Shown: positions 17,610-26,949, numbered from the stretch's first letter. The stretch: 64,000 nt of DNA from an uncultured Acidobacteriota bacterium (GCA_963736455.1 CAVTON010000001.1:1447221-1511220); one strand, 5' to 3'. Made by a program: numbers and translations. The notes: generated by a model not told the origin, from the sequence alone.

Positions 17610-18884
17610 CTACTCGACGACGAGCTCGCGGTACTCGGAGTTGCAGTAGCTGTCGGTCATGCCGGCGATGTGGTCGGCGATCGCGCGATAGAACGCGGGC
17701 CGCGGCCGGTAGTGTTCGCCGACCTCGCGATCCACGGCGCCGAGAGAGACTTCGCGAAGGAAGCGCACGCCCAGATCGTGCTGGAGGCCCCTCAGGACGT
17801 CGTCGGGGAGCAGCCTCGGATTGTCGCGATAGGCCTGGAACAGGCCGGCCAGCACGCGGCGCGCGTGGCCGTCGTGCCGCGAGACCGGGAAAGAATGGAT
17901 GATGTGGCGGTACACGAACTCGCGCAGCTCCGCGTAGAGACGGCGCCCGGACTCGCTGAACCCGACCAGGTCGCCCGGCAGCCGGTCGCGGCGCGCATAG
18001 AAGTCGTCGGCCGACGCGACGCCGGAGGATTCGAGCCACCGTTCGATGCGTGCGCGTGAGCCCTCCACGAGGTCCGCGGAAAGCGTCGCGATCATCCCGC
18101 GGATCAGCGAGGAACGGCGCGACGCGGCGTCGCTCCCGTAGCCCCGCGACGACCGCACGAGCCGGGCGATCGCCAGCTCCTCGATCGAGGCCTCCTCCGT
18201 CAGGGGCAGGCCGTCCTCGAGATCGTGGGTCTGCTGGGCGATCTCGTCGGACCAGTTGACCGCCTGCGCCTCGAGCGTGCCGGCGGAGTCGAACCGGAGG
18301 CCCTCCGTGAAATCGAGCGGGAACGGGAAATCCTTCGGCCAGGCCGTGTGCTTGAGCATCCCCTCGCGCACGTCGTGAGTGAGGTTCAGGCCCGGCTCCT
18401 CGTAGCGCTTCTCGAGCCGGTCCACGACGCGCACGGACTGGAAGTTGTGCTTGAAGCCTCCGGCGTCCGGGTGGCTCTCCCGCAGGAGCCGGTCGAGCAC
18501 GGACTCGCCCGAGTGGCCGAACGGCGTGTGGCCGAGATCATGGCCGAGGGCGATCGCCTCGGTCAGGTCCTCGTTCAGTCCCAGCGCCCGCGCGACGCTC
18601 CGGGCGATCTGCGCGACCTCGATCGTGTGGGTCAGACGCGTGCGGAAGTGATCTCCCTCGTACGGGATGAAGACCTGCGTCTTGTGCTTCAGGCGCCGGA
18701 AGGCGCGGGAGTGGATGATTCGGTCGCGGTCGCGGGCGTAGTCGGTGCGCGCGTCGCCCGGATTCGAGGAGGCGGCTCCGCGCGGCCGGATCGCCCGGGC
18801 GCTCTTCGAGGCGTAGATCGCCAGCCGCTCCTCCTCGAGGCGCTCGAAGTGCTCCCGCGTGATCGGGGCGACGACCGTGGTCAT
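17610..18884 (-). CDS. dgt: dGTP triphosphohydrolase-like HD-domain protein
   Basis: [47 protein letters not shown]. The start ATG overlaps the folC stop (ATGA). Confidence 0.9.
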   Translation of the reverse strand: MTTVVAPITREHFERLEEERLAIYASKSARAIRPRGAASSNPGDARTDYARDRDRIIHSRAFRRLKHKTQVFIPYEGDHFRTRLTHTIEVAQIARSVARALGLNEDLTEAIALGHDLGHTPFGHSGESVLDRLLRESHPDAGGFKHNFQSVRVVDRLEKRYEEPGLNLTHDVREGMLKHTAWPKDFPFPLDFTEGLRFDSAGTLEAQAVNWSDEIAQQTHDLEDGLPLTEEASIEELAIARLVRSSRGYGSDAASRRSSLIRGMIATLSADLVEGSRARIERWLESSGVASADDFYARRDRLPGDLVGFSESGRRLYAELREFVYRHIIHSFPVSRHDGHARRVLAGLFQAYRDNPRLLPDDVLRGLQHDLGVRFLREVSLGAVDREVGEHYRPRPAFYRAIADHIAGMTDSYCNSEYRELVVE

Positions 18885-20221
18885 GGGCCCTTTCCGCCGT
18901 ACCGTCCGGAGAGAAGCAGCGAGCGCGCCTCGCCGACGAGGTACAGAGATCCCGCGACGATTATAGATTCGGCCGCGGGAAAACCGAGCAGCTCGTCGAG
19001 CGCGCCCGCGAGGCTCGACGCCGCGAGCGCGTCGGGACGGCCCGGAGAGAACCGGCGGAGCAGCTCTTCAGGCGGCTCCGCACGCGGCGAATCCGACGCT
19101 CTCACGAACCGGATTCGTCCGACGGCCGGGGCGAGTGCCCGGCCCATCGTCTCGACGTCCTTGTCCGACATCGCCCCGAAGACGAGGTCGGCCCGCAGGC
19201 CGGAGTCGGCGAGAAAGCGCACGAGGGAGAGAGCGCCGTCGGCGTTGTGGCACCCGTCCAGGAGCACGGTCCGGCCGCGGACGGTGAACCGCTCGAGTCG
19301 GCCCGGCCAGCGGACCGATGCGACTCCGCGCTCGACGACGCCGGGCCCGAGACGGATCAGGGGCCCGAGCAGCTCGGCGGCGCGGACCGCCACGGCGGCA
19401 TTCTCCGCCTGATGCGACCCGGGAAGCGGCGTCGTCAGCGAATAGCTCCCCTGCAGCGTCGCAATCTCGACGCGGGTGCCCTCGGTCGAAACCGACTCTG
19501 CCGTGAAGCGGACTTCGTCGACGAGGCGGTGCAGGCGCGCCCCCGTCCGCGCCGCGACCTCGTCGAACACCGTCAGCGCCTCCGGCCGCCGGCTCGCCAC
19601 GAGCGCGGGCCGGTTCGCGCGGAAGACGCCGGCCTTCTCGAAGGCGATCGACGCGATCGTCCCGCCGAGCTCCTCGACGTGGTCGAGCGAGATCGACGTC
19701 ACCACCGACAGGACCGCCGGCGCGACGTTGGTCGCGTCGAAGCGTCCGCCGAGCCCCACCTCGAGCACCGCCAGATCCAGGCCTCGCCGGGCGAAGGCTG
19801 TGAAGGCGGCGGCGGTCATGGCTTCGAAGTACGTCAGGGGAATCGGTGACTCCCGGTCGGCGGCCGCGAACACTTCGCCGAGCTCGGCATCGAGCGCCTC
19901 GGGCGCGATGTCCTCGGCCCCGAGGCGGATGCGCTCGGTCGCGCTCTCGAGGTGCGGCGACGTGTACAACCCGGCCGCGAGCCCGGCGGACCCGGCGATC
20001 GAGGCGAGCGTGGCCGCGGTCGAGCCCTTGCCGTTGGTCCCGGCCACGAGCACCGAAGGCACCCGCCGCTCGGGCCGCCCGAGCCGTTCGCAGACCGCGT
20101 CGATCGACGCCAGCCCGAGGCGGATGCCCCTCTGCCCGAGCGACTCGAGGCGGGAGAGGTGCGGAAGGGAGGGTCCGGGAGCGGGGCGCAAGCCGGTCAG
20201 GCGGCGGGCCGTCGGTCCCAC
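18881..20221 (-). CDS. folC: Folylpolyglutamate synthase / dihydrofolate synthase
   Basis: IRLGLASIDAVCERLGRP..VLVAGTNGKGST.. (Mur-ligase P-loop). The start is uncertain: GTG at 20221 or CTG at 20200, both overlapping the accD 3' end. The rest of track ORF 18881..21208 is a shadow of accD. Confidence 0.85.
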   Translation of the reverse strand: MGPTARRLTGLRPAPGPSLPHLSRLESLGQRGIRLGLASIDAVCERLGRPERRVPSVLVAGTNGKGSTAATLASIAGSAGLAAGLYTSPHLESATERIRLGAEDIAPEALDAELGEVFAAADRESPIPLTYFEAMTAAAFTAFARRGLDLAVLEVGLGGRFDATNVAPAVLSVVTSISLDHVEELGGTIASIAFEKAGVFRANRPALVASRRPEALTVFDEVAARTGARLHRLVDEVRFTAESVSTEGTRVEIATLQGSYSLTTPLPGSHQAENAAVAVRAAELLGPLIRLGPGVVERGVASVRWPGRLERFTVRGRTVLLDGCHNADGALSLVRFLADSGLRADLVFGAMSDKDVETMGRALAPAVGRIRFVRASDSPRAEPPEELLRRFSPGRPDALAASSLAGALDELLGFPAAESIIVAGSLYLVGEARSLLLSGRYGGKGP

Positions 20222-21054
20222 ATCAGGGCCAGGCACCGGGCGAGCGTCGCCTTCATCTCGGACCGGTCCACGATCAGGTCGAGCATCCCGTGCTCGAGAA
20301 GGAACTCGGAGCGCTGGAACCCTTCCGGCAGCGTCTGCCGGATCGTCTGCTCGATCACGCGCGGGCCCGCGAAGCCGATGAGCGCGTTCGGCTCCGCGAT
20401 GTTCAGGTCGCCGAGCATCGCGTAGGAAGCCGTCACCCCGCCCGTCGTCGGGTCGGTCATGATCGAAACGTACGGGATCCGCGCCTCCGACAGCCGCGCG
20501 AGCGCGGCCGAGATCTTCCCCATCTGCATGAGGGAGAGGATCCCCTCCTGCATGCGCGCTCCCCCGGAGGTCGAAACGAGCAGCAGCGGCCGCCGCTCGT
20601 CCAGGGCCCGTTCGGCCGCGCGCGTCACCTTCTCTCCCACGACCGAACCCATGGACCCCGCCATGAAGAAGAACTCCATCGCGCCGATGAGGACCGGAAT
20701 GCCCTCGAGGGTGCCCGAGCCGACGACGATGGCATCCGAAGTGCCGACGTTCTCTTCGGCGTCCCGCAGCCGGTCGCGATACTTCTTGCTGTCCCGGAAC
20801 TTGAGCGGATCGGAGGAGCGGAGGTTGGCGTCGAGCTCCACCCATTCGCCGTCGTCGAAGAGCATCCGCAGCCGCTCGGGAGCCGAGAGGCGAAAGTGGA
20901 AGTTGCACTTGGGGCAGATCTTGAAGTTCCGGGCGAGTTCCTTGTTGTAGAGGATCTGGCGGCAGTGGTCGCACTTGACCCAGAGGCCCTCGGGGACCTT
21001 GCTCTGCCGCCCCTCCCGGATCTCCTTGGGAGCCCGATCTTTCCTGAACCACAT
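20197..21054 (-). CDS. accD: Acetyl-CoA carboxylase carboxyltransferase beta subunit
   Basis: N-terminal zinc ribbon (CDHC..CPKC), then the carboxyltransferase core ..SGGARMQEG.. Confidence 0.93.
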   Translation of the reverse strand: MWFRKDRAPKEIREGRQSKVPEGLWVKCDHCRQILYNKELARNFKICPKCNFHFRLSAPERLRMLFDDGEWVELDANLRSSDPLKFRDSKKYRDRLRDAEENVGTSDAIVVGSGTLEGIPVLIGAMEFFFMAGSMGSVVGEKVTRAAERALDERRPLLLVSTSGGARMQEGILSLMQMGKISAALARLSEARIPYVSIMTDPTTGGVTASYAMLGDLNIAEPNALIGFAGPRVIEQTIRQTLPEGFQRSEFLLEHGMLDLIVDRSEMKATLARCLALMWDRRPAA

Positions 21055-21128
21055 GGGGGGCAGGATGGTAGCAGGATTGACGCCGCGGCGGCGAAGGCCC
21101 GCGCCCGAAGAACCGGACGCAGAACGAC

Positions 21129-21944
21129 TTACAGGTTCGGAAGCCCCTCCGGGAGGACGTCGCTCGCCAGTCCGAAGCCCGACCCCCGCCGCTCGAACAC
21201 CGTTCCAAAGGCGCGGAAGAGGTTCTCCGGAGTCAGGACCTCGCCGCGGGGGCCCTCGGCGATCGTCCGGCCGCCCCGCAGGAGCAGGACCGAGCTCGAC
21301 AGGCGCGCGGCCAGCCCGATCTCGTGCGTCACCAGAAGAACCGTCGTGGCCCGCTCGCGGTGGACCCGCCAGAGCGTCTCCAGGAACTCGAGGCGGTGCC
21401 GGGGGTCGAGCCCCGCCGTCGGTTCGTCGAGCAGCCAGACCTCGGCTTCCTGCGCGAGCGCCCGCGCGAGAAACACCCGGCGCCGCTCGCCGCCCGACAG
21501 CGCCCGGGCGTCGCGCTCGGCGAGCGAGGCGACGTCGCAGGCGCGCATGGCCTCCAGGGCCAGGCGCCGATCCTCGGGCGACTCCGCGACGAACCCCCGG
21601 CTGTGCGGGGCCCGACCCTGCAGCACCAGGTCCAGGCTTCGAATCGGAAACACCAGGTCCACGCTCTGTGGGACGTAGGCGATGCGCTGCGCGGACGTCC
21701 GCCGTGAAATCGTCGAGAGCGCAACGCCGTCCAGAAGAATCTCGCCGCCCGAGGAAGGCAGCACGCGGGCGAGGACCCTCAGGAACGTGGACTTGCCCGA
21801 TCCGTTTTCGCCGAGCACCGCGACGACCGCGCCGGCGGGAATCGAGGCGTCGAGACCGTCGAGCGCCGTTGTCGGGCCGTAGCGGGCGCGAAGATCCCGA
21901 GCCTCGATTCGCGGCGGGATCACGGCGTCCTCAGAAGCAGCCAT
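21129..21944 (-). CDS. ABC transporter ATP-binding protein (iron-chelate / cobalamin uptake type)
   Basis: Walker A GENGSGKST, signature LSGGERRR, Walker B WLLDEPT. The start is the ATG at 21944, or the GTG at 21923 giving a GTGA overlap with the permease stop. Confidence 0.88.
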   Translation of the reverse strand: MAASEDAVIPPRIEARDLRARYGPTTALDGLDASIPAGAVVAVLGENGSGKSTFLRVLARVLPSSGGEILLDGVALSTISRRTSAQRIAYVPQSVDLVFPIRSLDLVLQGRAPHSRGFVAESPEDRRLALEAMRACDVASLAERDARALSGGERRRVFLARALAQEAEVWLLDEPTAGLDPRHRLEFLETLWRVHRERATTVLLVTHEIGLAARLSSSVLLLRGGRTIAEGPRGEVLTPENLFRAFGTVFERRGSGFGLASDVLPEGLPNL

Positions 21945-22894
21945 GCGAAGAGCGGCGCGCCGAGAGCCGCGGTGATGGCGCCGATCGGGAGCTCGGCCGG
22001 AGCCAGGACCGCGCGCGAAACCGCATCCGCGGCGACCAGGAGGGCCGCGCCGGAAAGCGCCGAGAGCGGCAGGAGGGTGCGCTGGTCGTTTCCCGCGATC
22101 GCACGCACGCCGTGCGGGACGAGCAGCCCGACGAACCCGATGACCCCGGCGAAGGCGACCGCCGCCCCGGTCAGAAGCGATGCGGCGAGAAAAACGACGC
22201 GCTTGGTCTTTTCCGTGTCGACGCCGAGGGCCCCCGCGCTCTCCTCCCCGACCGCGAAGAGGTTCAGGCGCGCCGAGGCGGCGAGCAGCACCAGGAGCCC
22301 CGCCGCGGCATACGGAGCGAGGGCGGCGACCTTGCCCGGCGTCGCGTCGGACAGGCTTCCCATCATCCAGAAGAGCATCGTGCGCGAGGCCTCCCCCGAT
22401 GCGATCGAGAACGCCGCGAGCAGAAGCGCCGAGAAGAACGCGTTCGCGATCAGGCCCGAGAGCAGAAGGCGCTCGAGGTCGAGCCGCCCGCCGCGCCGCG
22501 CCATCGCGGCAACTCCGATCGAGGCGGCCGCCGCACCCACGACCGCCGCCGCCGGCGAGACGAGCGGCGAGGCGCCCGCCAGGGCCGCGCCGGCGGCTCC
22601 CACCGCGGCGCCGCCGGAGGTGCCGAGCAGGAAGGGGTCGGCGAGCGGATTCTTGAGAAGGGCCTGAAGCGCGGCGCCGGCGAGGGCGAGGCACCCGCCT
22701 ACGAGCGCCGCAAGCACGACCCTCGGCCAGCGCAATGCCGCCAGCATGCGCGCGGTCTCCCCCGCTTCGCCGCCGCCGCCCACGAGATCCCCGAGCGAGA
22801 GATGAACGCCTCCCACCGAGAACGCGACCAGAACGACCCCGGCGAGGACGAGCGCACCGACCGCCAGAGCAGGCCCCCGGGCCAGCGTCTTCAC
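21920..22894 (-). CDS. FecCD/BtuC-family ABC permease
   Basis: ..LLKNPLADPFLLGTSGGAA.. and ..GVIGFVGLLVPH.. within a roughly 10-helix hydrophobic protein. The GTG start overlaps the binding-protein stop (GTGA). Confidence 0.88.
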   Translation of the reverse strand: MKTLARGPALAVGALVLAGVVLVAFSVGGVHLSLGDLVGGGGEAGETARMLAALRWPRVVLAALVGGCLALAGAALQALLKNPLADPFLLGTSGGAAVGAAGAALAGASPLVSPAAAVVGAAAASIGVAAMARRGGRLDLERLLLSGLIANAFFSALLLAAFSIASGEASRTMLFWMMGSLSDATPGKVAALAPYAAAGLLVLLAASARLNLFAVGEESAGALGVDTEKTKRVVFLAASLLTGAAVAFAGVIGFVGLLVPHGVRAIAGNDQRTLLPLSALSGAALLVAADAVSRAVLAPAELPIGAITAALGAPLFAWLLLRTP

Positions 22895-23739
22895 CGGGCC
22901 GCCCCGGCCAGGCGCTCGAGGACGTCGAAGACGCGCGGACCGGGCCGGGTCAGAGCCGCTTCGTCCAGGCGCACGCGGCGGGCCCTGGCGATCGGCCCCG
23001 CGGAGAGGGTTCCCCCCGGCGCGAAGGCGCTCTCCCAGGCCGCCTTCGCTTCGATCGACTCCGGAATCACGAGCAGCTCGACGGGCGCCGTCGCGACGTA
23101 TTCCTTCGAGAGCACGGGCCACCCGCGGCGGTCCGCGACCAGGTTCTGCAGGCCCGCCTCCTCGAGCACGTCGTTTAAGAACGTCTGCCCGCCCGCCGCC
23201 TGAGGCGGGTCGGGCCAGACGAGCAGCAGCGCCTTCGGCCGGCGCCGCCCCGCGACGCTTCGTCGGACGGCGTCCCGGCGGCGCTCGAGATCCTCGCTCA
23301 GGCGGCGGCCCGCCTCGGGGATTCCGAGCCGAACCGCGACGAGCCGGATGCTCTCCAGCACGGCGTCGAGCGAGCCCGACGGCGTCACCGTCACGGGAAG
23401 GCCTGCGGACTGAAGGGCGCGGACGGCTCCCTGCGCATTGCCTTCGGCGATGGCCAGGACGAGGTCCGGCCTCAGGGCGGCCACCTTCTCGGGATCCACC
23501 TGCAGCCCGCCGACGCGGGGGATCCGGCGCGCCGCCTCGGGATAGTCGGAATACTCCGACACGCCGACGAGGCGGTCTCCCGCACCGAGAGCGAACACGA
23601 TCTCCGTCAGGTTCGGGGCGAGCGTGACGACGCGCCGGGGGCTGCCGGGCGCCGGAACCGCGGGGCCGGACCCGCGACACGCGAGAAGCCCGGCGGCGAG
23701 CAGGAGACTCGCGGCGAACGGCCGCGGCGATCGTGACAC
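22891..23739 (-). CDS. BtuF/FhuD-type periplasmic substrate-binding lipoprotein (cobalamin / haem / siderophore class)
   Basis: Lipobox LLAAGLLAC, then VVTLAPNLTEIVFALGAGDRLVGVSEYSDYP, typical of class III (TroA-like) binding proteins. GTG start at 23739. Confidence 0.85.
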   Translation of the reverse strand: MSRSPRPFAASLLLAAGLLACRGSGPAVPAPGSPRRVVTLAPNLTEIVFALGAGDRLVGVSEYSDYPEAARRIPRVGGLQVDPEKVAALRPDLVLAIAEGNAQGAVRALQSAGLPVTVTPSGSLDAVLESIRLVAVRLGIPEAGRRLSEDLERRRDAVRRSVAGRRRPKALLLVWPDPPQAAGGQTFLNDVLEEAGLQNLVADRRGWPVLSKEYVATAPVELLVIPESIEAKAAWESAFAPGGTLSAGPIARARRVRLDEAALTRPGPRVFDVLERLAGAAR

Positions 23740-23783
23740 GACCGGCGGCCGGGAAGCGCCGCGGCCGCCGCCACGAAAAACGA

Positions 23784-24008
23784 TCAACCCTGCGATTCGG
23801 CCTCTTCGAGCTCGTTGCGGACGCCGAGGCGCTGACACGCCGCGTCGTACATCTGGCGCGCCGCTTTCTGCGCGTTCTGGAGCTCGGCCAGCCGGTCCTT
23901 GACCTTCGCCAGCTCTTCCTGGATCTCGCCTTCGAGCTCCTGGATCTCCTTCTTGGTGACGGTCAGCGTGTTTTCGTAGAACTTCTTCTGGTCGTTCGAA
24001 AGGGACAT
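23784..24008 (-). CDS. Small (74 aa) coiled-coil protein of unknown function
   Basis: AGGAGG lies 8 nt before the ATG. The sequence is charged with heptad character (..KEIQELEGEIQEELAKVKDRLAELQNAQKAARQMY..) and lies between the kinase and the ABC importer. Confidence 0.55.
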   Translation of the reverse strand: MSLSNDQKKFYENTLTVTKKEIQELEGEIQEELAKVKDRLAELQNAQKAARQMYDAACQRLGVRNELEEAESQG

Positions 24009-24035
24009 GCCGGTTGCCTCCTGTCCGTCGGGATT

Positions 24036-26876
24036 CTACGGTTTCACTTCGATGATGATGGGACGCCACATCCTGACCGGGATTCCATTCTTCGTGGCGG
24101 CCCGGAATTTCGCCTTCTTCACCCCGGCGACGACCGCGTCGTTGACGGCGCGCTCCGAGAGGCCCTCTTGCAGCCGCGTCTCGGTGGCGTTGCCGTTCTC
24201 GTCGACCAGGACCATCACGACGACACGGCCCTCGACGCGCCGCTCCCGCGCGATCGGAGGATAGACGACCCGCGGCGGCGCGATCAGCGTCGGCTCGACG
24301 ACACCCGGGCCGGGACCGACGAGGTCCCCGCGCTGCGTCTCGGGCTCCTTCGGCGGAGCCGGTTTCGGCGCTTCGGCCGGCGGAGGGGGTTCGGTCGGGA
24401 TCGCCGTCGGAATCGGAACCGCCGTGGGGGGCAGGGTCGGCAAGGCGGTCGGCTCCACGACCTGAGGAGCCGGGGCGGCTTGCGCGGCCGAGGGCTGGGC
24501 GGCCGCCGGCGCCGGAGCGCTCTTCGAGGCCGTCGCGGTTCGCTCGAGCTCCTTGCGCTTGATCGCCAGCTGGCGCTGCACTTCGGCTTCGACCGCCTTC
24601 TGATCGACGGCCGGAGGCGCCGCCGTGGCGACGGCGACCGGCGCGGCCGCGAGCGTGGGCGCGGCGGTCGGAAGCGCGGCCGCCGGGGTGACGCTCCCCG
24701 CCGTCGTCTTGCCGCCGGCCGAGGGTTTCATCATGCGCCAGGCGAGGAACCCGACCAGCGCGATCGCCGCCGCGACCACGAGGGCGATCAACGGAGTGCG
24801 GCTGGCCCTTTCGGCCTCCGCCGACTTCTCGAGCGAGCCGAAAACCTCGGCCGAAGGACGCGAGGGCTCTCGCGACGGCGGCGCCGGGGCCGGCGGCGGA
24901 CTCGGGGCGGTGGCGGCCGGAGGCGGAGCGGGCGGCGGCGGCGGTTTCGGGACCGACGAGGTCTTCCGCGAGACCGGCGCTCCCTTCGACTTGCGCTTGC
25001 GGGCCGCCGGTTCGCTTTCTTCGACGGCCTGGGCCGCCTCGCGGGCCTGCGCTTCCGCGACCGCACCTTCCTCGGCCTGCAGGCGATGGAGGTAGATCGC
25101 GACGTCTGCGCTGCCGGGAGCGGGCGTGTAGGAGTAGAGGACCGAATCCAGATCGCGCAGGAGGTCCGAAGCGTTGGCGTACCGGTCGTCCGGCTCCTTC
25201 GCCAGCGCCTTCAGGACCACGGTGTCGAGGTTGTGCGGAACCTCGGGATTCAGCTGGGAGGGAGGCGCCACGTCGGCGCTTCGCACCTTTTCGAGGACGT
25301 TGATGTCGGTGTCTCCGCCGAACAGCCGTTCCCCTGTGAGCAGCTCGTGGAGAACGACTCCGAGCGAGAAGAGATCGCTGCGGCGGTCGATGGGCTTTCC
25401 CCAGGCCTGCTCGGGCGACATGTACTGGATCTTTCCCTTCAGCGCTCCCGACTGCGTCTTCGACGCCTTCGACGCCGCCTTGGCGATCCCGAAGTCGCAG
25501 AGCTTGATGTCCCCCTCGTACGAGATGAGGATGTTCTGCGGGGAAACGTCGCGATGGACGATGTTGAGCTCGTGCCCCTCCGCATCGCGGCGGCGGTGGG
25601 CATAGTCGAGGGCCGAGGCGACCTTCGACGCGACGTAGACGGCCAGCGGAACCGGCAGGGGAACCCCGAGCGCGCGGCCCGATTGCTGGATCGTCTTCAG
25701 GTCGCGGCCGTCCACGTACTCCATCGCGATGAAGTAGCCGCCCGCCTGGATCTTCCCGAGGTCGTAGATGTGGATGATGTTGGGATGGTTCAGCTGCGCC
25801 GCGAGCTTGGCCTCGTCGGCGAACATCGTGACGAACGCTTCGTCGTCGGCCAGGTGCGGCAGGATCTTCTTGATCGCGACGATCTTCTGGAATCCTTCGA
25901 CGCCGGTCCGCTTGGCCTTGTAGAGCTCGGCCATTCCCCCCGACGCGATCCGCTCGAGGATCTCGTATTGCCCGAACTGGTCTGGTCCGGATGACGAGAC
26001 GGCGGCCGCGGGCTCCTCGCGCCTGCGCGGCAGGGCGGCGGGCGGCGACGCCGGCGGAGGCGTCGCGCCGGCCGGAGGCCTCGGCTTCGAAATCGAAAGG
26101 CCCGACAGCGTGTCGGAGAGCATCCGGTCCACGTCGGTGTCGGAAGACATCCTGGGGCGAGGCGGCGCCGCCGGAGTGGGAGACGGCGGAACCATCGGCG
26201 GCGGGGTCTTGTCGGACGGGGCGGCCGGGCGGACGGAGGGCGGCTTCGTCGGCATCAGGCCCGAGAGCGTGTCGCGGAGGCGCTTGTCCATGTCGCTCTC
26301 CGCGTCGGCTCGCGCGGCCGGCGGGGCGGCGGGCGCCGCGGCCGGAGGAGGAGCCGCCCTGGGGACCGGCGGCGTCGGCCGCTTCTTCGAAGCGTCGGCC
26401 GTCAGCTCGTCGAGGACGTCCGAGAAGATGTCGGAGGAGGTCAGCGGCGACGGCGCGGCGGCGGCCTGGGCCGTCTCGATGCGCATCGTCTTGGCGCCGA
26501 CGTCGGTCGAGTCGATCGCCTCCCGAACCGAGCCCATGAAATCCTCGTCGGAGAAGGGGCGCTGGAGGATGTCGAACGCGCCGACTTTCTGGGCGTCCGC
26601 CTTGCGGTTGGAGCCCCGGTAACCGGTCATCATCAGGATGATCGGCGGCGCCGTCGCGCCCCCCTTCTTGCGGATTTCCCGGATCACCTCGGCGCTGGGC
26701 AAGCGCGGGAGCATGCCGGAAAGAAGGATCAGGTCGAAGCGCGAGGCGCCGAAGGTCTGGATCCCCGCCTCGCCGTCGTGGGCCTCGGAGATCGTGTAGC
26801 CGAGCGGCGTCAACAGAGTCCGAGTCCGCTCGATGTAGCGCGGCTCGTATTCGATCAAAAGAACCTTCTTGGGCAT
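24036..26876 (-). CDS. Degenerate receiver / Ser-Thr protein kinase / TM / Pro-Ala linker / TonB C-terminal domain fusion protein
   Basis: REC-like N-terminus with altered active-site residues. Kinase motifs: GGMAELYKAK, AIKKI, HRDVSPQNIL, DFGIAKA. TM segment PLIALVVAAAIALVGFLAW. C-terminus ..VVYPPIARERRVEGRVVVMVLVDENGN..GIPVRMW.. is TonB_C-like. Confidence 0.88.
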   Translation of the reverse strand: MPKKVLLIEYEPRYIERTRTLLTPLGYTISEAHDGEAGIQTFGASRFDLILLSGMLPRLPSAEVIREIRKKGGATAPPIILMMTGYRGSNRKADAQKVGAFDILQRPFSDEDFMGSVREAIDSTDVGAKTMRIETAQAAAAPSPLTSSDIFSDVLDELTADASKKRPTPPVPRAAPPPAAAPAAPPAARADAESDMDKRLRDTLSGLMPTKPPSVRPAAPSDKTPPPMVPPSPTPAAPPRPRMSSDTDVDRMLSDTLSGLSISKPRPPAGATPPPASPPAALPRRREEPAAAVSSSGPDQFGQYEILERIASGGMAELYKAKRTGVEGFQKIVAIKKILPHLADDEAFVTMFADEAKLAAQLNHPNIIHIYDLGKIQAGGYFIAMEYVDGRDLKTIQQSGRALGVPLPVPLAVYVASKVASALDYAHRRRDAEGHELNIVHRDVSPQNILISYEGDIKLCDFGIAKAASKASKTQSGALKGKIQYMSPEQAWGKPIDRRSDLFSLGVVLHELLTGERLFGGDTDINVLEKVRSADVAPPSQLNPEVPHNLDTVVLKALAKEPDDRYANASDLLRDLDSVLYSYTPAPGSADVAIYLHRLQAEEGAVAEAQAREAAQAVEESEPAARKRKSKGAPVSRKTSSVPKPPPPPAPPPAATAPSPPPAPAPPSREPSRPSAEVFGSLEKSAEAERASRTPLIALVVAAAIALVGFLAWRMMKPSAGGKTTAGSVTPAAALPTAAPTLAAAPVAVATAAPPAVDQKAVEAEVQRQLAIKRKELERTATASKSAPAPAAAQPSAAQAAPAPQVVEPTALPTLPPTAVPIPTAIPTEPPPPAEAPKPAPPKEPETQRGDLVGPGPGVVEPTLIAPPRVVYPPIARERRVEGRVVVMVLVDENGNATETRLQEGLSERAVNDAVVAGVKKAKFRAATKNGIPVRMWRPIIIEVKP

Positions 26877-26943
26877 GAACTGAACCTATTGTCGCTGGAA
26901 ATGCCCGGAAATCAAGGAGAAGCGGGAGCCGGACGTGTCCTCA

Positions 26944-26949
26944 TATAAT
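26944..26949 (+). promoter_or_regulatory. Candidate -10 box (perfect TATAAT) for yebC-ruvC
   Basis: TATAAT lies 22 nt upstream of the ATG at 26971, with AGGAGA in between as a Shine-Dalgarno sequence. No good -35. Confidence 0.3.

Noticed and set aside
23740-24035. Cobalamin riboswitch or Fur box ahead of the BtuF-type importer.
   Set aside because: Only 44 nt and 27 nt of non-coding DNA are available, which is too short for a B12 element of about 200 nt. The intervening sequence is a well-formed small ORF with a strong Shine-Dalgarno sequence.
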